Assembly (NCBI GenBank): GCA_014803905.1
Contig: JAAVAW010000023.1
Coordinates: 16,584-49,059 of the forward strand
DNA: 32,476 bases
Reading direction: 5' to 3'
Source: Lactobacillus sp.
Lineage (GTDB): Bacteria; Bacillota; Bacilli; Lactobacillales; Lactobacillaceae
Below, piece by piece: positions 9,960-20,350 of this stretch (position 1 is the first letter of the stretch; the number at the start of each line of letters is the position of its first letter). A program made the position numbers and the translations under genes. The notes beneath the pieces were generated by a model. The model had not been told where the DNA came from and did not search any database. It was given only the letters and a program-made list of their open reading frames with translations.

Positions 9960-10184
9960 TTAATTCTCCTCTTTACGGCTATGATCAATATAAATATTGA
10001 TACATTGCAAGCCTTTTTTACCTTGAGCAAGTTGATAGCGTACTCGTTGTCCAACTTCAAGGCGCTTATAGCCATCTTCTTTAATAGATTTATAAAAGGC
10101 AAAATAAGTAGAATGCGTTAAATCATCTTCAATAAATCCATATGGTGCATTTTCATCAAATTGTGTTACTGTTCCAGTTCGCAT
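9960..10184 (-). CDS. Cold-shock domain protein (atypical)
   Basis: GTV..F, YGFI, I..DGYK.L..GQRV.Y....GKKG.Q pattern of CspA family. ATG overlaps the ileS stop (TAATG). Confidence 0.85.
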   Translation of the reverse strand: MRTGTVTQFDENAPYGFIEDDLTHSTYFAFYKSIKEDGYKRLEVGQRVRYQLAQGKKGLQCINIYIDHSRKEEN

Positions 10185-12976
10185 TAATCATCAAGTCCTT
10201 CTTCAATTGCTTCTGGATAGTTTTCACTAACAATTTTAGCACAACGTGCACATAAGTTAGGGAAGTGAGGATCAGAACCGATATCAGTTGTAGTACGACG
10301 ACATCTTGGACAAACCTCACCTTCAGCATGTTTAACCACAATTTTACCTGATGGTAAATCTTGCGCATCGGCCGGAGCTTCAGCATCTGGACTCTTAATA
10401 TCTAAATCAGAAACAATTAGAATTTGACGGATATTAGCATTAAGTTCTTTTAAAAGTTCTGCAGTTGCTTGAGTTGGATAAATTGTAACTGCTGCTTCAA
10501 ATGATTTACCAATTACCTTATTATTACGTGCTACTTCGAGAGCTTTTAGAACATCTGAACGGAATTTCATAAATTCATTCCAACGAGCCAAAATTTCGGC
10601 TTCATTAGCAAAATGTTCAACTTCTGGCATATCACTTAATTGAATAAAGTCTTCAGGTTCTTTTAAGAAGCCCCAAATTTCTTCCATAGTATGTGGCAAG
10701 ATAGGTGTAAGAACTTTAGCTAATTTAACTAGAATATCATAGATAACTGTTTGCATTGAACGACGAGTTTCACTATTTTCAGGATCAATGTAAAGAATAT
10801 CCTTAGCTAAATCAAGATAAAATGCTGATAAATCATTTGAAATAAAGCTTAAAATTTTCTTGTAAACCGTTAAGAAGTCATATTCATCATAAGCTGCATA
10901 AACTTCTTCAAGTAGTTTATTAAGTTTTACTTCCATATATTGATCAACACCGGCCATATCTGGATAAGCAATTGCATTTGCCTTTGGATCAAAGTCAGAG
11001 GTATTAGCTAACATAAAGCGGAAAGTATTTCTGATCTTACGATAACTTTCAGCACTTTGACGCAAGATATCTTGTGATACGGCAACATCAGAAGTAGTGT
11101 CTGAACTTGCTACCCACAAACGAATGATTTCAGCACCCATTTGTTTAATTACATCATTAGGTAAAATTACATTACCTAATGACTTAGACATCTTGTGGCC
11201 TTTATCATCAAGGACAAATCCTTGCGATAAAGTAGCTTTATATGGAGAAATACCATTAACTGCAGTTGATGTAATTAAACTTGAGTTAAACCAGCCACGG
11301 TATTGGTCACTACCTTCAAGGTAAAGATTAGCTGGGTAACCTAAACCACGAGCTTCTAAGACTCCAGCCCATGATGATCCAGAATCAAACCAAACATCTA
11401 AGATATCAGTTTCTTTAGTAAATTTGCCATTTGGTGAGTGTTCTGACTTAAATCCTTCTGGAAGCAATTCTTCTGCAGTATGGGTGTACCAGGCATTAGA
11501 TCCTTCTTTAGCGAAAATTTCAGCAATATGTTCAATAGTTTCTGGAGTAACAATTGGCGTTCCATCTTCAGCATAAAAAATTGGAAGTGGAACACCCCAG
11601 GCACGTTGACGTGAAATTACCCAATCACCACGATCTTTGATCATATTGTGAAGGCGAGTTTTACCCCAAGATGGAGTAAATTTAGTTTCATCAATTTCTT
11701 TAAGAATTTGATCACGAATTTTATCAATTGAAGCGAACCATTGAGTAGTTGCACGATAAATAACTGGTTTCTTAGTACGCCAATCATGTGGATATGAGTG
11801 AGTAAAGAATGAAAGCTTGAGCAATGCACCAGCCTTTTCAAGTTTTTCACTAACTACCTTATTAGCATCATCATAAAACATACCAACAAGATCAGGATCA
11901 GGTACTTCATCAGTAAAACGTCCTTGTGCATCCATTGGACTAAAAACAGGAAGTCCATATCTTTGAGCTACATTGTAGTCATCTTCCCCAAAACCAGAAG
12001 CCGTGTGAACTAAACCAGTACCATCATCAGCAGTAACGTGCATTGCATTCATCAAGAGACTATCTTGGTCATATAATGGATGTTTAGCAACCATTCGATC
12101 CATTTCAGATCCCTTAAGATGTTGAACAACTTTATAATCTTTCCAACCAAGATCTTCTGCAACTGCTTCTAAACGATCACTTCCCACAACATAGCGCTTA
12201 TCGCCTACCTCAACTACTGAATAATCAAATTGTGGGTTAACCGTAATTCCTTGGTTTGAAGGAATTGTCCAAGGCGTAGTAGTCCAAATTACAAAATAAG
12301 TATCTTTTTCATCCAAAATACCCTTTCCATCTTTAACTGGGAAAGCAATATAAATTGATGGAGATTTAACATCATGATATTCAACTTCCGCTTCAGCTAA
12401 GGTTGATTCACTTGACCATGACCAGTAAACAGGTTTCTTTCCTTTATAAATCAACCCATTTTCAAACATTTTACCGAAAACACGAATTTCTTCGGCTTCA
12501 AATTCAGGTTGTAAAGTAATGTAAGGATGATCCCAATCTGCCATTACGCCTAAACGCTTGAAGTCAGCCATTTGTTTTTGAACTTGTTCTTCAGCAAATT
12601 GACGACATAATTCACGATATTTGGCGCGATCCATAGTTTTTCGATCAACACCTTTTTTGGCCAATTGTTGTTCAACCGGTAAGCCGTGAGTATCCCAACC
12701 AGGAACATAAGGTGCATAAAAGCCTTTCATGCCTTTATAGCGAACAATTATATCTTTCGAAATTTTATTTAAGGCATGGCCCATATGAATATTACCATTT
12801 GCAAATGGAGGACCATCATGCAAATCAAAACGTGGATGGCCTTCATTTAACTTTAAACGTTTTTGATAAATATCATTATCTTCCCATTCTTTTTGCCATT
12901 GTGCTTCTCTAACAGGAAGATTTCCGCGCATTTTAAATTTAGTTTTACCTAAATTCAATGTATCTTTAACTCTCAT
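10184..12976 (-). CDS. ileS: Isoleucine--tRNA ligase (IleRS1 type)
   Basis: [19 protein letters not shown] editing motif, [15 protein letters not shown]-terminal zinc finger CPRC...CARC. Confidence 0.98.
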   Translation of the reverse strand: MRVKDTLNLGKTKFKMRGNLPVREAQWQKEWEDNDIYQKRLKLNEGHPRFDLHDGPPFANGNIHMGHALNKISKDIIVRYKGMKGFYAPYVPGWDTHGLPVEQQLAKKGVDRKTMDRAKYRELCRQFAEEQVQKQMADFKRLGVMADWDHPYITLQPEFEAEEIRVFGKMFENGLIYKGKKPVYWSWSSESTLAEAEVEYHDVKSPSIYIAFPVKDGKGILDEKDTYFVIWTTTPWTIPSNQGITVNPQFDYSVVEVGDKRYVVGSDRLEAVAEDLGWKDYKVVQHLKGSEMDRMVAKHPLYDQDSLLMNAMHVTADDGTGLVHTASGFGEDDYNVAQRYGLPVFSPMDAQGRFTDEVPDPDLVGMFYDDANKVVSEKLEKAGALLKLSFFTHSYPHDWRTKKPVIYRATTQWFASIDKIRDQILKEIDETKFTPSWGKTRLHNMIKDRGDWVISRQRAWGVPLPIFYAEDGTPIVTPETIEHIAEIFAKEGSNAWYTHTAEELLPEGFKSEHSPNGKFTKETDILDVWFDSGSSWAGVLEARGLGYPANLYLEGSDQYRGWFNSSLITSTAVNGISPYKATLSQGFVLDDKGHKMSKSLGNVILPNDVIKQMGAEIIRLWVASSDTTSDVAVSQDILRQSAESYRKIRNTFRFMLANTSDFDPKANAIAYPDMAGVDQYMEVKLNKLLEEVYAAYDEYDFLTVYKKILSFISNDLSAFYLDLAKDILYIDPENSETRRSMQTVIYDILVKLAKVLTPILPHTMEEIWGFLKEPEDFIQLSDMPEVEHFANEAEILARWNEFMKFRSDVLKALEVARNNKVIGKSFEAAVTIYPTQATAELLKELNANIRQILIVSDLDIKSPDAEAPADAQDLPSGKIVVKHAEGEVCPRCRRTTTDIGSDPHFPNLCARCAKIVSENYPEAIEEGLDD

Positions 12977-12990
12977 ATTAATTCCTTTCT

Positions 12991-13190
12991 AAAAAGAAAA
13001 GAGCTTCACCCTAAATAGGGCGAAGCTCTCTTCGTGGTACCACCTAAATTGAACAAAAACTTGTTCCACTTATTTCCTTGTAACGTAAGGACAACGATTA
13101 AGTTCATTGGCAGCTGATCAACTTTCAACATTGTTAGTCTTTCACCATCACTAACTCGCTAAGGGGTTTACTTGTTTTACTGTCGTCTTA
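12991..13190 (-). ncRNA. T-box riboswitch (Ile) leader of ileS, with terminator
   Basis: On the minus strand: AGCGA and GGTGA stem I motifs, candidate specifier ATC (Ile) at 13116-13118, CGTTAC in the stem II region, T-box AATTTAGGTGGTACCACG (13033-13050), and terminator gagagcttcgccctatttagggtgaagctc followed by a T tract. Confidence 0.92.
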
Positions 13191-13191
13191 A

Positions 13192-13989
13192 TTATTTATG
13201 CTCTTTATAGTTATCTGGAAAAACAATCGTTGGACCTTTATCTTTTACAGGCTCAGGTTCAGTATTATTTTCTTCATTAACTGGCGAATCTCCAACTAAT
13301 GGTTGTGGTTTTGATTGCTTTTCATTTGAACCTTGAACAGAGTTTACTTCATTAAAGTGGGAATTGTCAACATTAGAGCGTGATTCTGAATCAAAATTTT
13401 CTTCGGGCTGATTTTCGTCAATTGAATCTTTTCCAAAATTATCATCTGGCTCTGGAATTACTGGTTGCTTGCCATCAGCTGGATAAAGTCTATTTCTTCC
13501 ATAATACTGATCTAAATAATATTGCCAAGTATTATCATCAAGTTGCTTTAACTGATCCTTAAGGACTTTTTGAATTTCTACTCTAAAAGATGCAACTTTT
13601 TCCTTCAATAGATCGTAATCATTATTTAATGTCTCATATTGATCTTGTAAATCTTCAGTTTTTGTAATTGCATCTTTTCCAGCATTATCAAGAATTTCTT
13701 TAGCCTTTTTTTGAGCATCGCTTTCAATTCTATCAGCGTTTTCTTGAGCAGTGATTAATGATCTATTTAGTGATTCCTTGATACTATCATATTTTTCAAT
13801 TTCTTCATTTAAATCATTTATTTCTCTTCTTAACTTATTATTTTCATTTTTTAAGTCAATATTTTTATCTAACGCATCACTAAATGAATCGACAATTTTA
13901 TCCAAAAAGCTATCTACTTCATCCCTATCGTATCCACGCATTTTTGTATTAAATTCTTGATTATGTATATCCATTGGAGTTAACGACAT
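13192..13989 (-). CDS. divIVA: Cell division protein DivIVA
   Basis: MSLTPMDIHNQEF...RGYDRDEVDSFLD N-terminal motif, coiled coil, SLITAQENA, position after ylmH. Confidence 0.93.
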   Translation of the reverse strand: MSLTPMDIHNQEFNTKMRGYDRDEVDSFLDKIVDSFSDALDKNIDLKNENNKLRREINDLNEEIEKYDSIKESLNRSLITAQENADRIESDAQKKAKEILDNAGKDAITKTEDLQDQYETLNNDYDLLKEKVASFRVEIQKVLKDQLKQLDDNTWQYYLDQYYGRNRLYPADGKQPVIPEPDDNFGKDSIDENQPEENFDSESRSNVDNSHFNEVNSVQGSNEKQSKPQPLVGDSPVNEENNTEPEPVKDKGPTIVFPDNYKEHK

Positions 13990-13993
13990 AATT

Positions 13994-14794
13994 TCACCTT
14001 TTCTTCGATTGCCATAATTTTAAAGTTAAGCGATATTTTCCTCTTTTTGTTGAACCAATTTCCATTATTTTTACTCGTCCAAAATGGCGAATACTTAAAA
14101 CATCGTTTACATTGATAATTATATTAGATTCTGCAACATCATGCCAATTTAATTTTATCATTTTTGTCAAGAGTGCTTCTTTTACTTGGTTTCTAGAAAG
14201 ATTAGTAATTGCAGCCACCACAGTATCTAATCTTAAAGACACACTTGTTTCGACTTTTTCTATCCCATCATCATTTACTTCAACAACCCTGTTTCTATCA
14301 ATTGGCTCTAATTTTACTTTACTATGGCCAATTTTTTCGATATTGTCTACAAAAAAGCTACTTAAATCTTTCTTTACAAAAAATTGCCAATCTTTTTTGT
14401 TATCAGTAATAATATCGCCAAAAGTGGATATCTCTACTCCAAGACTTGTTAAAACACCTAATATTTGACTATGATTAATTTCATTCCACTTGCTATTGTA
14501 ATTTATGTTTAAAGGAATAATTTCGAATTCTTCAGGACTTGCAAAGTCTCCCCATTCACTAAGATATAATCTTTTCTTTTCAGCATTAGGATAGCCACCA
14601 TCCTCTAAAATTTGTGCATCATTTCCAACAATTTTTTTAAAAATGAATCTTTCGCGTGGATTTAAAAAATTTGTTAAAATTGGTTGCCTACTAAAAATAA
14701 ATCTATTAAAAAGACCGGTATAGTAATCTACCACCGGTCTTTCTTGAGGATCAAAATGCTGATAAAAACTACTTGCTTGTCTTTTTTCTATCAT
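13994..14794 (-). CDS. ylmH: YlmH RNA-binding (S4 domain) protein
   Basis: FYQHF, TNFLNPRE, GGYPNAEKKR, SLRLD..V, S4 domain, SIRHFGR. Confidence 0.9.
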   Translation of the reverse strand: MIEKRQASSFYQHFDPQERPVVDYYTGLFNRFIFSRQPILTNFLNPRERFIFKKIVGNDAQILEDGGYPNAEKKRLYLSEWGDFASPEEFEIIPLNINYNSKWNEINHSQILGVLTSLGVEISTFGDIITDNKKDWQFFVKKDLSSFFVDNIEKIGHSKVKLEPIDRNRVVEVNDDGIEKVETSVSLRLDTVVAAITNLSRNQVKEALLTKMIKLNWHDVAESNIIINVNDVLSIRHFGRVKIMEIGSTKRGKYRLTLKLWQSKKR

Positions 14795-14818
14795 GCAAAA
14801 ATCTCACTATTATAAATT

Positions 14819-15109
14819 TTATCTCATCATACTTATTAAAATATTGGCAATCCACACTAAAACATAATTATTTATCAAATAAATTACTAATAAGGCCAGT
14901 ATTGGAGCAAAGGAAATTCCTGCAATTGGTGGAATTATGCGTTGAAACCAATTTAAGTAAGGCTCTACAACTTTTGCTAAAATTTGACCCATCTTAGTTT
15001 GCAATGTACGTGGAATCCAAGTTAATAAAGTATAAATTACTATTAAAATACTGTAAATATAAAGAAGTTGAGAAATAACCCTTAATATCCACATAAAAAT
15101 AGTCATCAT
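14819..15109 (-). CDS. ylmG: YggT/YlmG family membrane protein
   Basis: LLTWIP, VEPYL..FQRIIPPIAGISFAPILA. Confidence 0.9.
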   Translation of the reverse strand: MMTIFMWILRVISQLLYIYSILIVIYTLLTWIPRTLQTKMGQILAKVVEPYLNWFQRIIPPIAGISFAPILALLVIYLINNYVLVWIANILISMMR

Positions 15110-15540
15110 TAGTTAAGATTATCTTTCTTTTCAACCAATTCAGCTATTTTTCCGTCAGTTTCAAACTTAGGAGGAGTAGCCAGAAAAATCTTATCTCCTA
15201 CACGTTGAATTTCACCATTTAATGCATAAACGGTACCAGTAATAAAATCAACAATCCTACGTGATTGAGTATCATCCATGCGAGAAAAGTTAATAATAAC
15301 TGCCTTATTACTTAACAGATTCTGAGCAACTTCTTTTGCATCAGAATATACTCGTGGTTCATAAAGAACAATTTTACTGGTTGGATTATTTACTGAATTA
15401 ATTGAAACCACATTTGTACGTCTTTCATTTTTCATTGGTTGATTTTCATTATCCATTTCTGGTTCTTCAACATATGAACTTTCATCTAATTCATCATCTT
15501 CAGCAATTCCAAAAAATCTTCCTAATTTATCAAATGCCAT
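15109..15540 (-). CDS. sepF: Cell division protein SepF
   Basis: N-terminal amphipathic FDKLGRFFG, EPRVYSDA, RRIVDFITGTVYALNG, IFLATP. Confidence 0.95.
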   Translation of the reverse strand: MAFDKLGRFFGIAEDDELDESSYVEEPEMDNENQPMKNERRTNVVSINSVNNPTSKIVLYEPRVYSDAKEVAQNLLSNKAVIINFSRMDDTQSRRIVDFITGTVYALNGEIQRVGDKIFLATPPKFETDGKIAELVEKKDNLN

Positions 15541-15570
15541 CTTTCATTCCTCCTTTATATATAGCGTCCT

Positions 15571-16899
15571 TTAATGTTTACGACGATGCTTGAAGAATGG
15601 AATACTATTATCGTCATCTTCTTCATCAGCACTAGTCTCAATTTGTGAAATACTATTTTGGGTATCCGCACTAAATGAATCGAATTCATCATCTTTATTT
15701 TCATTTACATTTTCTTGATTCATTTCCGGACGCTTCGTATCCTTCTTATCTTGTTTCCATACACTAGTTGGATCAAGTAAAGAATCTTGAGATTTGTTTT
15801 GATTATTTTCCTCTGAAGCCACTTCAGTTTGATTAATTTCTTTATTTTCTACTGGCTTCTTTTCTTCACTAGAAGAAGTAGTTGTTTGAACGCGAGAACG
15901 TCTATTTAAACGTCCAGAAGTCTTAGAAGCCTCTTCTTCTGCAGCCGCATCAATACCAGTTGCAATAACAGTTACAACTACTTCGTCCCCTAAATTAGCA
16001 TTGATCGAAGTACCAAAGATAATATTAACACCATCGCCTGCTGCTTTTGAAACAATATCAGACGCATCTTGCGCTTCAAACAAAGTTAAATCTGGTCCAC
16101 CAGTGATGTTAAGCAAAACTTGTTTAGCCCCATCAATAGATACTTCTAATAATGGTGAAGAAATAGCTAATTTAGTAGCTTCAACTGTTCTATTTTCTCC
16201 ACTCGCTCTACCAATCCCCATTAAGGCAGCTCCTTGATTTTCCATAACTGTCTTAACATCAGCAAAGTCCAAGTTCACATAGTCGGTTGAAGTAATCAAA
16301 TCAGAAATACCCTGAACACCCTGTCTTAAAACGTTGTCAGCTTCTTTAAAGGCATCCATCATTGGTGTCTTTTTATCAACCATTTCTAATAGACGATTAT
16401 TAGCGATAATAACCAAAGTATCAACATATTGCTTCAATTGTGCAATACCTTCACTGGCATTTTTTGAACGCTTAGGTCCTTCAAATGTAAATGGGCGAGT
16501 AACAACCCCAACCGTAAGTGCACCGGTTTCTCTAGCAATTTTTGCAATTACTGGAGCAGCACCAGTACCAGTACCACCACCCATTCCGGCAGTGATAAAG
16601 ATCATATCAGCACCCTTAAGTGAATCTTCAATAGTTTGTTGACTTTCTTCAGCTGCTTTTTCTCCTACTTCAGGATGTGAACCTGCACCCAAACCTCTGG
16701 TTAACTTTGGTCCAAGTTGAATTTTATTTTCAGCTTTATTACTATTAAGTGCTTGTACATCGGTATTAGCGGCAATAAATGAAACGCCTTGAACGCCTTC
16801 ATCTATCATTCGGTTCACTGCGTTACCACCAGCACCACCAACACCGATTACTTTAATGACTGCATTTTTATTGTCATCAGAATCGAAAGTAAAGTCCAT
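15571..16899 (-). CDS. ftsZ: Cell division protein FtsZ
   Basis: [17 protein letters not shown], tubulin motif GGGTGTG, NLDFADV, C-terminal IPFFK peptide. Confidence 0.99.
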   Translation of the reverse strand: MDFTFDSDDNKNAVIKVIGVGGAGGNAVNRMIDEGVQGVSFIAANTDVQALNSNKAENKIQLGPKLTRGLGAGSHPEVGEKAAEESQQTIEDSLKGADMIFITAGMGGGTGTGAAPVIAKIARETGALTVGVVTRPFTFEGPKRSKNASEGIAQLKQYVDTLVIIANNRLLEMVDKKTPMMDAFKEADNVLRQGVQGISDLITSTDYVNLDFADVKTVMENQGAALMGIGRASGENRTVEATKLAISSPLLEVSIDGAKQVLLNITGGPDLTLFEAQDASDIVSKAAGDGVNIIFGTSINANLGDEVVVTVIATGIDAAAEEEASKTSGRLNRRSRVQTTTSSSEEKKPVENKEINQTEVASEENNQNKSQDSLLDPTSVWKQDKKDTKRPEMNQENVNENKDDEFDSFSADTQNSISQIETSADEEDDDNSIPFFKHRRKH

Positions 16900-16918
16900 C
16901 TAATTAACCACCCTTAAA

Positions 16919-18292
16919 CTAATCAAAAAATTTCTTAAAGAAATCTCCGAGTCCCTTTTTATTCTTCTTTATGTCTCTGGCATTCTCGTTATTATTTTGT
17001 TTTTTAGATGCCAAACTATCTCTATTATAGTCTTCTTTAGTTGCTATTTCACTACTAGACTGAACCCTTTTGAAAAATTTCATTTTTTCTGAAGAATTTT
17101 CTGAAGTCAATTGTGAATTAGCAGCTGGCATATTATAAATAATACTATTTACTAAATAATCAATGTCATCTAAATCATATGCATATTTTACTACGCCAAA
17201 GCTTGCTGCATATAAGGGATTGCGCAACCCTATTTGATTAGGTTGAAAAATTCGTGCTTTAACATCATAATTCTCTTTAACAACATCATCTGTACCTTGG
17301 AGAATGCTTGTTCCTCCAGTTATGGTTATTCCACCTGGTAATCTAAAGGCATCATGGTCTTCCAAACCTTTACCGATTCTTTGAAGAATTTGTTCTAAGC
17401 GAGCATTAATGATTTCACTTAAGTATTCTTCATCAATCATTTGTGGTGCATTCTCACCAACTACATTAACTGGAAATTGGTTATCACTTGATGTTAACTC
17501 AGGATCTGCATAGCCAAACTCTTTTTTTATCTTTTCTGCTTCTTTTTTAGAAGTGTTAAGAACTACAGAAATATCTTTGGTAATATCATTGCCACCTTCT
17601 AAGTCGATTGTAGCATATTTGATTTTATTCTCATGAATTACAGTAGCAGTTGTAGTTCCTCCGCCAAGATCCAAAATAATTGAGCCAAAAGTTCTTTCTC
17701 CTTCGTCTAGCGCCACACTAGCGATTGCCAACGGCGTAGGAACAAAGAAATTATTTTGATAACCCGCTCTTTCAATTGCTTTTCGTATATTATGAAGATC
17801 TGAACTAGGAGCAGTGAGCAATATACCATGTACTTCTAAAGAATGTGCAATCATCTTACGTGGATCATCAACATCAGTTTTCCCATCAATCAAAAATTTA
17901 TTCGGTAAGAAAGCAATCGCCTCACGATCATCTTTTAAAGCCGAACCAATCGCAGATGAAAGGACACGTTTAACATCTTCATCTCCTACTTCTTGACCCT
18001 TTTCACCGATATTGATCAGGCCACTAGCATTTTCTAATTGTAACATTCCTACTGGAATTCCTGTTACAACTCGATAAATTTTCGAATTTGTTTTCTCTGC
18101 TACCTTTTTTAATGCAGAAGAAATACTACTTGCGGTTTGATCAATATCGACAATTTTTCCTTGTCTCATTCCTCTAGTTGGACTACTTGCAGCCCCAATT
18201 ATTTTTAATTCATTTGATGAAGTATCTGCTACAACAGTCTTAACACTAGTTGTACCGATATCTAACCCCACTAATAAACCTGTTTTATCCAC
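16919..18292 (-). CDS. ftsA: Cell division protein FtsA (GTG start)
   Basis: LDIGTTSVK, DLGGGTT, TGG motifs and C-terminal amphipathic LGDFFKKFFD. Confidence 0.95.
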   Translation of the reverse strand: MDKTGLLVGLDIGTTSVKTVVADTSSNELKIIGAASSPTRGMRQGKIVDIDQTASSISSALKKVAEKTNSKIYRVVTGIPVGMLQLENASGLINIGEKGQEVGDEDVKRVLSSAIGSALKDDREAIAFLPNKFLIDGKTDVDDPRKMIAHSLEVHGILLTAPSSDLHNIRKAIERAGYQNNFFVPTPLAIASVALDEGERTFGSIILDLGGGTTTATVIHENKIKYATIDLEGGNDITKDISVVLNTSKKEAEKIKKEFGYADPELTSSDNQFPVNVVGENAPQMIDEEYLSEIINARLEQILQRIGKGLEDHDAFRLPGGITITGGTSILQGTDDVVKENYDVKARIFQPNQIGLRNPLYAASFGVVKYAYDLDDIDYLVNSIIYNMPAANSQLTSENSSEKMKFFKRVQSSSEIATKEDYNRDSLASKKQNNNENARDIKKNKKGLGDFFKKFFD

Positions 18293-18321
18293 GAGAATGC
18301 CCCCAAAATATTCACTGTTAT

Positions 18322-18333
18322 TAAAATTTTAAC
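18322..18333 (-). promoter_or_regulatory. Candidate extended -10 promoter for ftsA-ftsZ
   Basis: Minus strand TGtTAAAAT in the 67-nt AT-rich ftsQ-ftsA gap. Confidence 0.4.
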
Positions 18334-18359
18334 ATATTAAATTAATAATGGTATAGCAA

Positions 18360-19211
18360 TTATTTGATTCCCAATTGAGATTTTTCCGTAGTAGTCAATG
18401 GTCGTGAAAAGGCACCAATTTCTAAATCTACTACCGATGGTTCAGACAATTGTTCTTTTATTTCTTCATAGTATTTTATTTTTTTGATAATAGTTGCCGT
18501 ATTTCCAATAATTACATTCTTATCCTTCATTACCAAAATTATCTGAGTTGGTCTTTTAGTACGACCACTCATTATTTTTACCTCATTTTGAATATTTTTG
18601 GGTAATTTTGAATAAATTTTCAAATCATCAATCAATGAAATGTTGTGACTATATCCAATAAATAATGGTTTTGCTTTATTTATTTGACTCTCGGCAATGA
18701 TTTGACTTCCAACGTTACCATTATTGAGAATTTTTCGATACCCATTATCCTCTTTTATGTACCCAATTATAGGCTTTTCCTGAATATCCAAAACCAAGTT
18801 ATTTAAATGGTTAACATGCACATTAACAGCTTGAACCTCCGGGAAATCTTTTGCTAGCCTTTGAGTATATTTTTTCTTTTTTAAAAGACAAGGAATTACT
18901 TTATCCTGAGCCGTAATACCAGTACTTTTTACTATTTTTGTTCTATTTAATTCCGGGGCTCCAATAATTTGTACACTCTTAACATTTGCCTTAGAGGATA
19001 CATAATATGACAATCCCAAAATAACTAATGCCGAGACACCGATGATAATGCCCAAACGCCTTATCAATGATTTTCTTCGTTCGGCCTGAAGTTTGCTCAA
19101 TGAGGCAGATACTTTTTTATTACTTAAACTTTCGTTTCCACTTTTCTTATAGTGAATCCAATCAGAAATTTCTTCTTTTGGATCTTTTTTTGTAATTTTC
19201 TTTTTTGGCAT
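18360..19211 (-). CDS. divIB: Cell division protein FtsQ/DivIB
   Basis: Basic cytoplasmic N-terminus, single TM, POTRA-like region, C-terminal VDLEIGAFSRP. Lies between murG and ftsA. Confidence 0.88.
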   Translation of the reverse strand: MPKKKITKKDPKEEISDWIHYKKSGNESLSNKKVSASLSKLQAERRKSLIRRLGIIIGVSALVILGLSYYVSSKANVKSVQIIGAPELNRTKIVKSTGITAQDKVIPCLLKKKKYTQRLAKDFPEVQAVNVHVNHLNNLVLDIQEKPIIGYIKEDNGYRKILNNGNVGSQIIAESQINKAKPLFIGYSHNISLIDDLKIYSKLPKNIQNEVKIMSGRTKRPTQIILVMKDKNVIIGNTATIIKKIKYYEEIKEQLSEPSVVDLEIGAFSRPLTTTEKSQLGIK

Positions 19212-19230
19212 CTACCCCACCTCTTTTCTT

Positions 19231-20349
19231 TTATTTGCTCTTTTTATTAACTAGATCTTCCATTACTTTGATAACTTGATCTGATGCATCTGGAACACCT
19301 AATCGTTTTGAAGCTTTACTCATCTTTTCAGCATATTTATGGTCTAATAAAATATGATCAATTGATGAAACAAAATTATTTGGATTTAAATCATTTTCAC
19401 TAATTACTAATGCAGCTCCTGCTTTTTCCAAATCCAATGCATTTTTCATTTGATGATTATGAGTAACATTTGGACTAGGAATCAAGATCACAGGCACACC
19501 TAAAGCAGTAAATTCTGCTAAACTAGTTGCACCAGAACGTGCCACAACACATGTCATTTGTGGCAAAAGTCCTGGCATATTATCAATATAAGGCACTATT
19601 TTTATATTAGAACCTAACTTTTTATTACTTAGAGATTTTTTGATATTTCCATAGTACAACTGGCCAGTTGCCCAGATTACTTGATATGGCTTTTCTTCAA
19701 ATTGAGGTAATGATTTTTGAACAATTTGATTAATTGCATACGCACCTCTAGAACCACCAAAAATTAGAACTGTTGGAACTTCAGGATTCAATCCCCATTC
19801 CTTTTGTATATCAACAGAATCTTTATTAAGTCCCAAAACTTGTTGAGAACGTGGATTTCCAGTTTTAACTAATTTTTTCTTTTCTGGAAATTGTTTAGCA
19901 GCGTCATCAAAAGTGTAACAAATTTTATCAACATAATGGCCTAAAAATTTATTAGCCACTCCAACAACAGAATTAGATTCATGAATGATAGTTGGAATAT
20001 GCATTTTTGCCGCACTATAAACAATTGCACCAGAAACATAGCCACCAGTACCAAAAACAATGTCAGGCTTGAAAGATTTTAAAATATGTTTTGCTTCTTT
20101 ATTAGCATTCAAAAACATTTTAATTGTTTCAAAATTCTTTAATAAATGATGTCGATCAAAGCCTTGTACTTTAAGTGTTTTAAATGGAACACCAGCCGCA
20201 GGAACAATTTTAGACTCTAAACCTCTTTCAGTTCCAACAAATAAAATATCTTCATTAGTTACGATATTACGTTCCTTTAATCTTTCAATTAAAGCCATGA
20301 TTGGATAAATGTGGCCACCAGTACCGCCACCAGAAAATATAATTCTCAT
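19231..20349 (-). CDS. murG: Lipid II GlcNAc transferase MurG
   Basis: GGGTGGHIYP, GGYVS, HESN, GNP, GGSRGA, RSGATS, HQMKNA. Confidence 0.98.
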   Translation of the reverse strand: MRIIFSGGGTGGHIYPIMALIERLKERNIVTNEDILFVGTERGLESKIVPAAGVPFKTLKVQGFDRHHLLKNFETIKMFLNANKEAKHILKSFKPDIVFGTGGYVSGAIVYSAAKMHIPTIIHESNSVVGVANKFLGHYVDKICYTFDDAAKQFPEKKKLVKTGNPRSQQVLGLNKDSVDIQKEWGLNPEVPTVLIFGGSRGAYAINQIVQKSLPQFEEKPYQVIWATGQLYYGNIKKSLSNKKLGSNIKIVPYIDNMPGLLPQMTCVVARSGATSLAEFTALGVPVILIPSPNVTHNHQMKNALDLEKAGAALVISENDLNPNNFVSSIDHILLDHKYAEKMSKASKRLGVPDASDQVIKVMEDLVNKKSK

Positions 20350-20350
20350 T

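Noticed and set aside
10156-11850. Alternate-frame minus-strand ORFs inside ileS (10156-10386, 11398-11604, 11641-11850)
   Set aside because: ileS is intact in one frame. The Leu/Lys-rich translations are typical frame-shifted codon-bias products, and I saw no supported slippery site.
10184-12976. ileS as mupirocin-resistant IleRS2
   Set aside because: 930 aa with HMGH and a C-terminal zinc finger at the divIVA locus fits housekeeping IleRS1.
15571-15930. Long acidic FtsZ linker as a novel domain
   Set aside because: Variable disordered C-terminal linkers are normal for FtsZ.
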